Part shown: in pieces, positions 54,342 through 64,000 of the stretch
How the letters are laid out: every line of letters begins with the position of its first letter
Numbering within the stretch: the stretch's first letter is position 1
From: a virus
Reading direction: 5' to 3' (one strand)
Virus record (IMG/VR): IMGVR_UViG_3300027644_000004
Location: 1-64,000 of that record
DNA length: 64,000 bases
The notes under the pieces: model-generated
What the model was told of the DNA's origin: nothing
The model's database searches: none
What the model saw: only the letters and a program-made list of their open reading frames with translations
Position numbers and translations under genes: made by a program

Positions 54342-54682
54342 AAGTTCTGCAGGAAACCACTGACTGGGGCAATACTACAAGCCCCAACCATGTGTACTTT
54401 TTAAACGACAGCCGCGACAAGATGTTTGCCTACGTCCAGCACGGTTCGGTTCGAGTCAAACAGTTTACTAGACCAATCAGTTTTTACACACGTGGACGCC
54501 AGTTTCGAGAAGTGCCAAATACCTGGGGATACGAGCCGGGCCGGGTAGCAGAGCCCGAAGGCCGTACATGGAAGGTAACAGGATCAAAGGGCGCAGAATA
54601 CACTGTGACTGAACTGAATGGTCAAGTCACGTGCTCGTGCCCAGGGTTTAAATTTCGTGGTGCGTGTCGACACGTGACTTGA
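54338..54682 (+). CDS. SWIM zinc-finger protein
   Basis: GSKG..Y.V....CSCPGFKFRGACRH. Confidence 0.75.
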   Translation: MKVLQETTDWGNTTSPNHVYFLNDSRDKMFAYVQHGSVRVKQFTRPISFYTRGRQFREVPNTWGYEPGRVAEPEGRTWKVTGSKGAEYTVTELNGQVTCSCPGFKFRGACRHVT

Positions 54683-54701
54683 CCATTGCAATCATAAGAT
54701 G

Positions 54702-57281
54702 CTATTGTAATTTTATGGTAAAACCGGTTCCACTTATGGTTAGACCGGTTCCACTGATGGTAAATGATCCCAATGGCCCAGTGATGTTGTTATATATTAT
54801 TCTACGGGTGCCACCCATCAAGCTGTTTAGATCAGTCCAATCCGAACTTGTTGCAGTGGCAGGATCCGGTCCTTGGTAAAAAGTACTGTCCGATTGCACT
54901 GTTAAACTTTGCAGCCAGGTTCTTACATTTTGCCAAGTCCAAGATCTGTTGGTCTCTAACGCTGTGGCTATCAATCCTGTTGCAGTGGGACAAGCTGAAC
55001 TGGTCCCACCAAATCCAACGTCATAAAATGTTGTTGTGTTATCGCCTATATTGGCATTCACTCCAATCTGTATATCAATCTGATTGGCGGCATTTTCATA
55101 AAACGTAGCTTCCCACACCATGTTAGGATCGCCCAACGTTCCACTGGTACGGTTGGTGCCTTCCCATCGCACTCGATAAGTTCTGTTTGGGGCAGATCCT
55201 ACTACGCCGTAATAAATTCTCTGTGCTGAATTATCTCTGGCGCTGATCATTATTTTTGGCAGTGCAGGATTAGACGGATCCAAATCGCCATATGCCTCAG
55301 ATCCTCCGCCAAATGTTAAGTAACTGTTGGTTCCTACATAAACTGAGTTATAGCTAGTGCCATTATAGGTGACATTGAAAGGTAGAGACAAAGTCCAGTA
55401 ACCATCGTCGTTGTTTCCTTGAGTGGGACTAGTTGATGCTGTTAGTCCGGCTCCGCCAAACAACGAACTGGCAATGCTGATCACGGTTGCAGTTCCTGTA
55501 CTGGTAGTTATTCGATTTCCTGTGTCAGGCATCACACTAAATGTTCCAGTGGTTGACAATAACGCAGAAGCAGAACAAATTCCGCTGAATCCAATATCAA
55601 CTGGCCCATCGCTATACGTGTCATATCGAGGATATAGAGTCCCGTATACGGTACTTGTACCTAAATTCGGGCTTAACGTTTGATCACCCGGAGCATAGCA
55701 ATCAATTTGATCGCCCATGTCGCTATAATTGACTTTTTGTTCTAGGCCGCCATAGCCGCCTAGAAAACCGTCATCCAGTGCGCCAATGTTGATAGCAGGA
55801 TATACAATATTGCCACCGTCGGAGTATTTTCCTATCTGTTGAGGGAAACCTCTACGACTGGTGGTGTTGTAACAGGTTGATCCAAATTCATTGTGGCCTG
55901 TCTGAGACAATGGCACCGGCGGCTGGTCATAAAGAGAGCTGGACCAATAGTTGTTAAAATTGGGGTGAGAGGAACCTACCTGTTGCTGATTGCTGTTGCC
56001 TGCAGCCACAACAAAGATAACTCCACTGGCTATCAGTTCATCACCGGCCTCAGTTAAGGTGTTAGGAATCATTTCGCCTTTGAAGCGGCCGGCGTCGCCA
56101 GCACTGCCAAGACTTGCCATAAACGCAGGTTTGACGTCGTACGGCACTGCACCAGAGCCTGAAGTACCTTGCCTAAAATAATAATATCCGGAGTCACCTT
56201 GTGCAGCACGCCAGCCGAAACTGTTGCTGGAGATGGTGGGATCTCGTGTGCCATACAACGGATTGATAGGTTTGTTGAGATGAAATATTTTCATCACATC
56301 AAAATACAAGTCAACATTCAACCCAAATCCATTGTTTCCGTAAGCATCAATGAACCATTTATTAGCGTTGTAGGCCCAGCCAAGTGTTCTACCGTATGCT
56401 TGCCCACAGCAGGGTGTACCATGTTGGCCATCGACACTGACACTTACATCTGTTCCATTGCAGTTGCCTCTGTTGTAGCTGACCGGAACTGCTACTGTGC
56501 CTGCGGTACTAAACTGGCTGCTACGGGCAGAAGCATTTCCCCACCACTGTTTGGCCACGCTTTCTATCGGAACAGTGGTTCCATCCCAGCGTGTGGTTAA
56601 TCTAGCACCGGGATTGGCATTGAACCAGTCAGGGTCTATGTAATAGGGTCCTTCTAAAACCACATCCAGCAACATGCAAGTACCATTGCCAGGCAGTTTG
56701 TTACCACCTACAAAATCATTTGGCAGTGCTATAGCGCCTGAGGGATTGCTTTGGAATTCCACGTGGCCAAACCAACAACCGTCATCGCCAACAATGACAT
56801 CTATGTTTTTGCCTGTGTTGGTGTTGGGGATTGCACTGTTTAAAGGAGTATTAGCAAATTGGTCATCCCAAGGATCATCATACTGAGCGCATCGATATAA
56901 CTGGTAGCCAGCACGATTTATTTCAGCACTGGTTGGACTGGATGTAGGAACATCGCTGAGAGTTCTATAATTTTTTACTGTGGCGTTGTATCTATAAGGA
57001 TTGCAATGCAGTTCATCTGGCTGTGGAGGATACAAGTCTGGATATTGCGATTTATCTAAGTCTACAAATTTGACATCCGGATGCCCACTGATTTGTTTGG
57101 CTTCTTCGTCGGTCATTAGATACACAGCTCTAGTTGCACTGTGTTCTTTTAAATCTGTACACTCTATAGGTCTTGTGGGAATGTTGTCGTCAAGGCTGCC
57201 ATCTTGGGTCAGCACACTGTGTACATGGTCCCAGGCTGCTGGAGTGGCTACGCCAACTGTGTAATATTTTTGTTCACTCAT
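54702..57281 (-). CDS. subtilisin-like (S8) serine protease with inserted beta-domain
   Basis: VGDDG (Asp), HGTPC (His), AAGN (oxyanion Asn), GGTSSACP (Ser); N-terminal prodomain-like region. Confidence 0.85.
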   Translation of the reverse strand: MSEQKYYTVGVATPAAWDHVHSVLTQDGSLDDNIPTRPIECTDLKEHSATRAVYLMTDEEAKQISGHPDVKFVDLDKSQYPDLYPPQPDELHCNPYRYNATVKNYRTLSDVPTSSPTSAEINRAGYQLYRCAQYDDPWDDQFANTPLNSAIPNTNTGKNIDVIVGDDGCWFGHVEFQSNPSGAIALPNDFVGGNKLPGNGTCMLLDVVLEGPYYIDPDWFNANPGARLTTRWDGTTVPIESVAKQWWGNASARSSQFSTAGTVAVPVSYNRGNCNGTDVSVSVDGQHGTPCCGQAYGRTLGWAYNANKWFIDAYGNNGFGLNVDLYFDVMKIFHLNKPINPLYGTRDPTISSNSFGWRAAQGDSGYYYFRQGTSGSGAVPYDVKPAFMASLGSAGDAGRFKGEMIPNTLTEAGDELIASGVIFVVAAGNSNQQQVGSSHPNFNNYWSSSLYDQPPVPLSQTGHNEFGSTCYNTTSRRGFPQQIGKYSDGGNIVYPAINIGALDDGFLGGYGGLEQKVNYSDMGDQIDCYAPGDQTLSPNLGTSTVYGTLYPRYDTYSDGPVDIGFSGICSASALLSTTGTFSVMPDTGNRITTSTGTATVISIASSLFGGAGLTASTSPTQGNNDDGYWTLSLPFNVTYNGTSYNSVYVGTNSYLTFGGGSEAYGDLDPSNPALPKIMISARDNSAQRIYYGVVGSAPNRTYRVRWEGTNRTSGTLGDPNMVWEATFYENAANQIDIQIGVNANIGDNTTTFYDVGFGGTSSACPTATGLIATALETNRSWTWQNVRTWLQSLTVQSDSTFYQGPDPATATSSDWTDLNSLMGGTRRIIYNNITGPLGSFTISGTGLTISGTGFTIKLQ

Positions 57282-57318
57282 GGTTAATTACTTATACGTA
57301 TTACAGGCCCTGGGTTGA

Positions 57319-57417
57319 TCAAACTCCAAACCGTCCTTTGAGACCATAGTAGTTCTGCTGTAGCTGTTCCAGGGAGAGTTTGGCGGTATAAAAGAACATG
57401 TTGGCCATTGATCCATT
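57319..57417 (-). pseudogene. relic C-terminus of a LamG/ConA-like fibre-tip domain
   Basis: [32 protein letters not shown], out of frame immediately after the fibre stop. Confidence 0.55.
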
Positions 57418-60379
57418 AACTTATCTGCGCCCAACCGTAACGCACAGTGACATTACCGCCGCTGGTGTTGTTTATGCCAAAGTCAAATCTATTGGTAGTT
57501 GCACTGGGAGACACATTGCTACGGAGTATGGCGTTTGCTGTACCTACGAACTGATTGGGTATGCTGGTAAAGTCAATGGGTGTGCCACCGCCGTTGTAGA
57601 CCCAGGCATACTGAACACCCAACACAGGCACATTGGTATTGGTAACAGTAGCCGTGGCATTCCAAGTCAAGATACCATTGGGGATATTGCAATCCACCCA
57701 CATGCTATATGTACCGCTATTCACAGTGAAACTCTGGGTGCTGGTACCTACGGGCACAGTCCAGGCGCTTTCAAATGTTGTAGCAACATTGGATAATGTT
57801 GCGCCATTACCAACAAAACTGTTGGCTGTTACATTGCCCGTGGCACTGATGTTGCCAGGAGCAGTCAAGTTACCACTTGTGCTAAAGGTCCAGGTTTGGT
57901 CGGTATTGGCTGAATCAGTTATGATACTGAAATTAGCGGCTGAAGTAACGCTGAAGAAATCATTTAGACTTGGTGCCGCACTTGAATCACCGGAGAAGTT
58001 GATGTTGCCAGGAATAGATAAATTACCGGAGGCATCAAAGTCCCAAAGATTAGGACCAGGGCTACTATTGGGCCCTACTGCTATTCTAACATTGCCGGAT
58101 CCTGGCACAGGGTTAGCATATACTGCCGCTATGTTGCTGGTGGCATTTGCAAGATCTTCCACCCAGAGACTTGATAAACCACCGTTGGCTCCAGTAGATA
58201 GTGTGATCAAGTTATGATCACTAGATCCTATAACAGCCGAGTTGCCAAGATCAGCATGATCTGGGATTATAACCAAATTGCCTGTGGGGAATGTTAAATT
58301 ACCACCAGTCTCAAAGGTCCATTGTGCTGAGTTGCCGGTGTCATCATCACTGCCGATCACAACATTGCCGGCGGCTTCTAATTTTACATACTTGATATCG
58401 GAGCCAAAGTATTGATCAAAATAAGCGTTGTTGCCTGTGTCAAGGTGTATGTGTGTGGCAACATCGCCACCACGCACTCGAATATATTGTAAATTGCCCA
58501 CGCTTTCAGTGCCCGGAGCCAGGTACAGGCCACTGCTGCCAACTTGATCACCAGTGCCTACAACAGCTTGGTTGTCAAAGGTCACATTGCCGGTATTGCT
58601 ACTGCCGCCACTAAAGGTCACAGGGGAGCCGTTGGCATAATTGACACTAAATGTGTTAGCCGGCAGGGTCAAGTTGCCAGTTTCATCAAATTTCCAAAGC
58701 TTCACAGTCCCAACATTACCTGAATCAGATTGTGCTTGTAGTATCACCTTGGCAAGATTGTCGCCGGCTCTGTTAACAGCAACAGCCGCATACTGAGATG
58801 CCGCATTAGGATTTACAGTCCACGCTAGTGCCGCAGAACCAGTATTACCTTGTCCTTGAATGCTGAATAACTTTCCACTGTCTGCAATGATTTTAGGATA
58901 CTGAATATTTCCGTTATAATCAATTGATACACCAATAGGCAATGTTAAACTACCATCTGTGCCAAATGTCCAGTCAGACTGAATAAAGTTGTTGTTGGAT
59001 TGGTTGGCTTGTTCATTGTATCGGGTGATAACAAATGTGCCGCCGGTGCCTCCAGACACAGTAATAACATCACCATCAACATATCCTGTGCCCGGATCTA
59101 CTACATCGGCATTTGTTAATTGGTTACTCAATCCATAGCCTATGCCCACAGTCATTCCTGTGCCCGAACCACCAGTGGTTGCCTTCAACGCACTTCCAGT
59201 ATCATATCCACTGCCGCCAGTGAGTATATTACAAATATTAAATTGTCCGCCAGCTGTTAAGGTCAACCCTTCTAGATTGATCAATCTGCCAGTTGTGCCA
59301 AAGGTCCATGTATTACTACCGGCCACAACATTTATGTTGCCACTGTTGTTCAGCGTGGGTGAATTGAGGTTGCCAGCTGTGATGTTGCCCAAGGCACTGA
59401 CCAATCCAGTAGTAGTAATGTTGCCGCCTGCAATGTTGCCAGAGGATGGTTGAACTGTGGCATAGTTTACATATTTTACATTGCCATCATAGGTCATTAT
59501 ACTCATATTACCGTTGGAGGTGATATCTTGTGTAACTATTGCAACTGGACCGGTTGCACCTTGTGGACCGGTTGCTCCGGTTGCTCCATTGGTGCCATTT
59601 GGTCCAGTTGCTCCTTGTGGCCCGGTTGCCCCATCAATGCCATTTGGTCCGGTTGCACCTACGGGTCCGGTTGCTCCATTGGTGCCATTTGGTCCGGTTG
59701 CTCCGGTAGGTCCAGTGGCCCCGTTAATGCCATTTGGTCCGGTTGCTCCTACAGGTCCAGTTGCCCCGGCTGGTGCGCCTGTTAGTCGGCTGCCATCACC
59801 TAGGAAGTACTGGGCTGTGACGTTGCCCACAGCACTGACACCAATATTTGTTGTCCAAACATTGCCGGTGCTGTTGTACAGTAATGTGGCTATATTATCA
59901 CTAGCACCCACTGTGACACCTGATCCGTTGGCAGCACTGGCTGTGGCTGCTGTGTTGGCCAATTGCAAGGTTCTAGCATCGGTCACCAGGTTACCAATCT
60001 GCACAGTGTTGCCGGTCACTGTTAGGTTACCACCCACTGTTAGATCGCCGGCTACAGTGGTACTGTTGGTGACATTTAAGTACTGTGTGTAAACAGTGCT
60101 CCAACGAGCAGAACTACTGCCCAAATTTCTCACATTTGCTCGGTTGGGCACAACATCAACGTTGGCCACCACTCGCCCGGTACCGTTGGGTGCCAGCACC
60201 AAGTTTCCATTGGTATTCTGTGTAAGGATGGTGTTGTTGGCAATCTGGACATTGGAACCTACTGGGCCAGCAGTGTAGATTTCCGTGAAGTTGTTGTTGG
60301 TTTCGGTAAACGCAGTGCGTAACGGGTCACCAGAGCCATCGTTGGCTGCCGCGCCTGTGTTGATAATTTGTTGAGACAT
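57416..60379 (-). CDS. tail fibre/baseplate-attached fibre with collagen-like segment
   Basis: [20 protein letters not shown]...NNNFTEIY (gp9/gp10-like N-terminus); Gly-X-Y repeats; recurring WxF..G.L.P; CATAAATA promoter and AAGGA RBS. Confidence 0.85.
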   Translation of the reverse strand: MSQQIINTGAAANDGSGDPLRTAFTETNNNFTEIYTAGPVGSNVQIANNTILTQNTNGNLVLAPNGTGRVVANVDVVPNRANVRNLGSSSARWSTVYTQYLNVTNSTTVAGDLTVGGNLTVTGNTVQIGNLVTDARTLQLANTAATASAANGSGVTVGASDNIATLLYNSTGNVWTTNIGVSAVGNVTAQYFLGDGSRLTGAPAGATGPVGATGPNGINGATGPTGATGPNGTNGATGPVGATGPNGIDGATGPQGATGPNGTNGATGATGPQGATGPVAIVTQDITSNGNMSIMTYDGNVKYVNYATVQPSSGNIAGGNITTTGLVSALGNITAGNLNSPTLNNSGNINVVAGSNTWTFGTTGRLINLEGLTLTAGGQFNICNILTGGSGYDTGSALKATTGGSGTGMTVGIGYGLSNQLTNADVVDPGTGYVDGDVITVSGGTGGTFVITRYNEQANQSNNNFIQSDWTFGTDGSLTLPIGVSIDYNGNIQYPKIIADSGKLFSIQGQGNTGSAALAWTVNPNAASQYAAVAVNRAGDNLAKVILQAQSDSGNVGTVKLWKFDETGNLTLPANTFSVNYANGSPVTFSGGSSNTGNVTFDNQAVVGTGDQVGSSGLYLAPGTESVGNLQYIRVRGGDVATHIHLDTGNNAYFDQYFGSDIKYVKLEAAGNVVIGSDDDTGNSAQWTFETGGNLTFPTGNLVIIPDHADLGNSAVIGSSDHNLITLSTGANGGLSSLWVEDLANATSNIAAVYANPVPGSGNVRIAVGPNSSPGPNLWDFDASGNLSIPGNINFSGDSSAAPSLNDFFSVTSAANFSIITDSANTDQTWTFSTSGNLTAPGNISATGNVTANSFVGNGATLSNVATTFESAWTVPVGTSTQSFTVNSGTYSMWVDCNIPNGILTWNATATVTNTNVPVLGVQYAWVYNGGGTPIDFTSIPNQFVGTANAILRSNVSPSATTNRFDFGINNTSGGNVTVRYGWAQIS
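59547..59768 (-). repeat. collagen-like repeat, 45-bp period
   Basis: (GATGPxGATGPNGxN/D) about five units. Confidence 0.9.
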
Positions 60380-60522
60380 TTGGGATCCTTGTTAGCCTTT
60401 TCTATTATTTATGGCAACATTGTCGTTCAAAACCACTTGCAGACAGCGCAACAATAGCATATAATAGATACATGCTGTAGGGTACAGCTAATGTTTATAT
60501 TACTTAAGAAAGGTAACATTTT

Positions 60523-60789
60523 ATGCGTTTTAATACTGAAACCAAAACTTACAAACTGTTCTCTGCTCTTCACTCCGGTGAAACAGTGACTGCCAGCCAA
60601 GCTGCCAAGCGTTTTGGCATCAAAAACATCTCTGCAGATGTTAGCCGTATTCGTCAAGCAGGCTTTGCTGTTTACGCCAACACTCGTGTTGCTGGCAACG
60701 GTGTCAAAGTTACAGAGTACGCAATTGGCAAGCCAAGCCGCAAGTTGATTGCTGCCGGCTACAAGGCCATGGCATTGGGTCTCGCCTAA
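60523..60789 (+). CDS. winged-helix DNA-binding protein
   Basis: L.SGE..TA.QA..RFGIKN..A.VS.IR..G..VY; AAGG RBS, own terminator. Confidence 0.7.
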   Translation: MRFNTETKTYKLFSALHSGETVTASQAAKRFGIKNISADVSRIRQAGFAVYANTRVAGNGVKVTEYAIGKPSRKLIAAGYKAMALGLA

Positions 60790-60824
60790 TAGACCTCGCT
60801 GGCCTATTCACACAGGCCACATAG

Positions 60825-60854
60825 AAAAAAACCACTCGCCCTGGGTGGTTTTTT
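60825..60854 (+). terminator. rho-independent terminator
   Basis: AAAAAAACCACTCG-CCC-TGGGTGGTTTTTT. Confidence 0.8.
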
Positions 60855-60855
60855 C

Positions 60856-60884
60856 TTGACTTTTTATTTGTGTTACAGTATAAT
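60856..60884 (+). promoter_or_regulatory. sigma70-type promoter
   Basis: TTGACT-N17-TATAAT. Confidence 0.8.
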
Positions 60885-60905
60885 TGTAGGGCAAAGGAGT
60901 AGCCA

Positions 60906-61358
60906 ATGCTATTAAAACTGTTAGACCGTCTGGGCCGCAAGCGCATTGTGATGGACCGGTTCGAAAATGAACCCTATCTGGAACGCTACTATGTGTTCCT
61001 TCGAGAGCGCAAACGATTCCCATTCAACATATTTCTGCACAAATTTTTGAAATCAGATCCAGACGATGTGCATGATCATCCTTGGCCGTTCCTTACTGTG
61101 ATTCTTAAAGGTGGCTACTATGAGTGGACACCGCAGTTCAACAGTGCGGGTCAAAAGGTTGGTGAAATTGCTCGCTGGTGCGGCCCCGGAAGTGTTCGTT
61201 GGGCTAGAGCTGAGCAGTACCACCGAGTAGAACTGGATCCAGAAGTTACTTGTTGGACTTTGTTCATGCCAGGTCCCAAACAGCGAGATTGGGGATTTTT
61301 GGTTCGCAATCAATGGATACAATGGGAAGAATATTTGAAACAAAGGAAGTCGGTATGA
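60906..61358 (+). CDS. cupin-fold protein
   Basis: HDHPW...GGY.E...YHRV..WTLF..G....WGF. Confidence 0.8.
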   Translation: MLLKLLDRLGRKRIVMDRFENEPYLERYYVFLRERKRFPFNIFLHKFLKSDPDDVHDHPWPFLTVILKGGYYEWTPQFNSAGQKVGEIARWCGPGSVRWARAEQYHRVELDPEVTCWTLFMPGPKQRDWGFLVRNQWIQWEEYLKQRKSV

Positions 61359-61684
61359 AATGGTTTAAACGATGGTTTGCTCGCAAAGTTACCGAAGCAA
61401 TAGCATATGATCAGGACGATCACTTTGACACAGTGCCTACACCCAAAATGAGTTCGCGACGCGGCCTACTGAATACAGTATCCCGTTCCAATGACATTGA
61501 TTCCGACGAAGGTCTCAATATCACAGTGCGTTCGGCCATTGGTGGTAGAATTGTAACCTTTCGTCGCTATGACCATCGCAATGATACCAGCCACCACAAG
61601 CTGTACGTGATCCACGATGAATTGGATTTCGACAAGGAACTGGGCAAAATCATCACTTTGGAAACCATGTGCCAACGTGCTTGA
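61355..61684 (+). CDS. hypothetical protein
   Basis: ATGA-coupled; A.GG.IV...YD...LYVI motif. Confidence 0.65.
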   Translation: MKWFKRWFARKVTEAIAYDQDDHFDTVPTPKMSSRRGLLNTVSRSNDIDSDEGLNITVRSAIGGRIVTFRRYDHRNDTSHHKLYVIHDELDFDKELGKIITLETMCQRA

Positions 61685-61709
61685 CATTAAATAACATTTA
61701 CTGTATAAT
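61681..61709 (+). promoter_or_regulatory. perfect-consensus sigma70 promoter for tRNA
   Basis: TTGACA-N17-TATAAT. Confidence 0.88.
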
Positions 61710-61718
61710 AGCTATATC

Positions 61719-61796
<78 letters not shown>

Positions 61797-61815
61797 TTTT
61801 TTATGAGTGCAGAGT

Positions 61816-62160
61816 ATGAATGAGTTGGTTAATTTTCTAGTTACCTTTGTAGCAGTATGGTTCTTGTTGCGATTGATCTTTTCTTTTTTTGCCTGGCAGA
61901 TAAAAAAACAGATTGTCCATATAGCCTACCAAATTGAATCGGAGTTTGTGTTGTTAGACATGGAACAGGACAGCGGGCAGTATTTTTGCTACAACCACAA
62001 GACCAAAAAATTTGTTTGCCAAGGTCGTACTCTTGAAGAAGTCAGTGACAACTTTCGTATTAGATATCCCGACAAGCGTGGATTGATCTTTCAAGAAAAT
62101 GCCACTGAGTTGAGTGAGTTGGGTACTGCACAGAAAGTGCTGTTGGGGGAGACAAAATGA
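61816..62160 (+). CDS. hypothetical protein with N-terminal TM
   Basis: Hydrophobic N-terminus; FVCQG.TLEE. Confidence 0.65.
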   Translation: MNELVNFLVTFVAVWFLLRLIFSFFAWQIKKQIVHIAYQIESEFVLLDMEQDSGQYFCYNHKTKKFVCQGRTLEEVSDNFRIRYPDKRGLIFQENATELSELGTAQKVLLGETK

Positions 62161-62182
62161 AACAAGAGATGGAGGAGATAAA

Positions 62183-62392
62183 ATGAAGTTTGATAATATT
62201 AACCGTGCCAGCGCATGGGTTAAGTACAGCGGTGCCAGCGTGATTGTTGCGGTAAACCCGCTACACTGGCGTTGGCGACCACAGGCTCGCCGTGAACAGA
62301 ATGTGGAGTGGCCTAGCCCTAACGAGCGCACCTATATGGCGGCGTGGTTATTTTTAACTGTGCGAATTTGGATCGACAACGGAGATTGGTAA
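62183..62392 (+). CDS. small Trp-rich protein
   Basis: GGAGG RBS. Confidence 0.65.
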   Translation: MKFDNINRASAWVKYSGASVIVAVNPLHWRWRPQARREQNVEWPSPNERTYMAAWLFLTVRIWIDNGDW

Positions 62393-63108
62393 TGAAAATT
62401 TATATTGGTAAACCCCGCTATCACTGGATCAGTCCCTACACCATGTTGGACTATGTGTTCTTCTGGACCGACTGGTCAAAGTGCAGTCGTGACAAGAGCA
62501 TTGAATCTGCGCTGGATTACAAGCGCAAGTATGTTGAGCATCCTGAATGGGTGGAAAAGTGGAGTACTCGACTTGAGCCCATTAGCCAGGGCATTATGTG
62601 GGTGTTGGATCGTGTGCATCCGAAGATTGACTATGTGAAGATTGACTACTGGGATACCTGGAGCATGGACCATACACTCAGTCCCATCATCCTGCCCATG
62701 CTGAAGCAACTGAAAGAAAAGAAGCACGGCTCGCCATCAGTAGACGACGAAGATGTGCCCGATCATCTTCGCAGTACTTCAGCACCGGCCAAAGAAAACG
62801 AATGGGACACAGACGAGAACTGGATCAAACGTTGGGACTGGGTCATGGGAGAAATGATCTTTGCGTTTGAGTGCAAGGTAGATGATTCATGGGAAGAAGC
62901 ATTCCGCGAAGGCGAAATTGATTGGATCACTGTTCCTGTGGACGTCCACGGCAACGAAGTCGCCAAAGGCGAACACAGGTACTATCAAATGAAAGATGGC
63001 CCTAACCACACTTACAAATGCGACTATGAAGGCATGAAGGTGGTTGAGGCACGTATTCAAAACGGATTCCGCTTGTTTGGCAAATACTACCAGGCCTTGT
63101 GGGACTGA
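62392..63108 (+). CDS. conserved phage protein (WDTWSMD.TL...EMIFAF...GF.LFGKYY..LWD)
   Basis: TAATG coupling, GGAG RBS. Confidence 0.8.
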   Translation: MKIYIGKPRYHWISPYTMLDYVFFWTDWSKCSRDKSIESALDYKRKYVEHPEWVEKWSTRLEPISQGIMWVLDRVHPKIDYVKIDYWDTWSMDHTLSPIILPMLKQLKEKKHGSPSVDDEDVPDHLRSTSAPAKENEWDTDENWIKRWDWVMGEMIFAFECKVDDSWEEAFREGEIDWITVPVDVHGNEVAKGEHRYYQMKDGPNHTYKCDYEGMKVVEARIQNGFRLFGKYYQALWD

Positions 63109-63359
63109 TGAAAGATATAACATCAGGTTACAGTGTATTTTCTCCTGACAGCTGGCTGACTGAATCTGTTCTGCCACTCACCATATCACAGGACAAGTAC
63201 GAAGAATGGAAAAAAACATACACGTTTAGGGCTATACAACATGATACTTCTTACGGCAAAGATTTTTGCAAGTATTTCAAAATAAACAATTTTATATTGA
63301 GGCACACTCTAGCACCAGACAGTGCTGACACATATATAAAAAAGCACTACATTGAATAA
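63108..63359 (+). CDS. hypothetical protein
   Basis: TGATG coupling. Confidence 0.6.
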   Translation: MKDITSGYSVFSPDSWLTESVLPLTISQDKYEEWKKTYTFRAIQHDTSYGKDFCKYFKINNFILRHTLAPDSADTYIKKHYIE

Positions 63360-63371
63360 TTAACCAAACAA

Positions 63372-63620
63372 ATGCCAGCGATTCTCAGCCCGACGCAAAC
63401 TGCCAATTTGGAAAGAACCCCTGACAGTTTCAACTATTCAATTCAGATAACCCGACCCTGGGGCTGTATTGATTCGGTAATTGTATGGGCCCAACAAGCA
63501 CTGGTGGGAGAATGGCGTTGGCAACTGATTCGGGGCAGTTCCGATCAACTGCCCGGGCAATATCTGTTTTATTTTGATTCTGAATCTGATTACCTGGCAT
63601 TTGTAATGAAATGTTCCTAG
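63372..63620 (+). CDS. hypothetical protein
   Basis: In-line ORF; W...Y.FYF..E.D..AF. Confidence 0.6.
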   Translation: MPAILSPTQTANLERTPDSFNYSIQITRPWGCIDSVIVWAQQALVGEWRWQLIRGSSDQLPGQYLFYFDSESDYLAFVMKCS

Positions 63621-63621
63621 G

Positions 63622-63650
63622 TTGACACCAAATAGTGAATTTGCTACAAT
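63622..63650 (+). promoter_or_regulatory. sigma70-type promoter
   Basis: TTGACA-N17-TACAAT. Confidence 0.85.
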
Positions 63651-63656
63651 ACACAC

Positions 63657-63905
63657 ATGAACAAAAATTCAACCACTACCATCACTGGGCTGACTCTGTA
63701 CCAAAAAGATCTACTGGATCACATGTGGTCGTTAAAGACTGAAGAAGAATTTGATTCTTGGTACCACCTGCTGGACGATCATGATCGCCAACAAGCAGAT
63801 CTCATGCAGTGGATGCTGATCTATGCGCATTATGATCGTGTGACTGATCTACGCCCAGCCCGCAAGATCATTAATCAAATCCGCAATCAATCAAAATCAC
63901 AATGA
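63657..63905 (+). CDS. hypothetical protein (leaderless)
   Basis: ATG 6 nt after the -10 box. Confidence 0.65.
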   Translation: MNKNSTTTITGLTLYQKDLLDHMWSLKTEEEFDSWYHLLDDHDRQQADLMQWMLIYAHYDRVTDLRPARKIINQIRNQSKSQ

Positions 63906-64000
63906 ATCATCAATTCGCCATCATGTGGGACTGCCACGGCCTGGAAGCGGTGCAAAAAGTCCCGGATCCGGCTGACAGAACCTTTGCTATACTGGCAAAC
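63902..64000 (+). CDS. 3'-truncated hypothetical protein (MWDCHGLE)
   Basis: ATGA-coupled, open to window end. Confidence 0.55.
   Translation, partial: MNHQFAIMWDCHGLEAVQKVPDPADRTFAILAN

Overview
A 64-kb segment of a large lytic T4-like (myovirus-type) dsDNA phage genome in the standard genetic code. It is densely coding and mostly on the + strand. The host is probably a proteobacterium, most likely a betaproteobacterium, inferred from the CspA/IscU/IscA-type genes, lipoproteins, sigma70 promoters and PhaR-like boxes. Contents: (1) late and virion genes behind T4-gp55-type TAAATA promoters, including a beta-helix tail protein, PAAR, a collagen-repeat tail fibre, a subtilisin-like protease and candidate capsid-internal proteins; (2) DNA metabolism genes nrdA, nrdB, glutaredoxin, ATP-dependent DNA ligase, UvsE, and PD-(D/E)XK and GIY-YIG nucleases; (3) a proteostasis and stress set (clpX, two clpP, clpS, groES, hsp20, cspA, iscU, iscA); (4) glycan and modification genes (three paralogous glycosyltransferase-like genes, a nucleotide-sugar dehydrogenase, an oxygenase-like protein, an amidinotransferase, two radical SAM enzymes); (5) islands of small early genes driven by near-identical TTGACC-N17-TATAAT cassettes; (6) one tRNA(CAT). 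The best candidate for an undescribed system is a phage-borne module that may read the host's carbon-storage (PHA) state. It has two PhaR-like TGC-N3-GCA boxes, one over the promoter of a phasin-like gene and one ahead of two small unannotated ORFs, and the phasin-like gene shares a two-hairpin ROSE-like leader with hsp20. Other notable items are a guanidino-sugar-type cluster, a GH7-motif lipoprotein, two conserved palindromic operator families, widespread leaderless genes, a secreted beta-hairpin peptide, and a relic of a swapped tail-fibre tip. All family assignments come from motif recognition by eye, not database searches.
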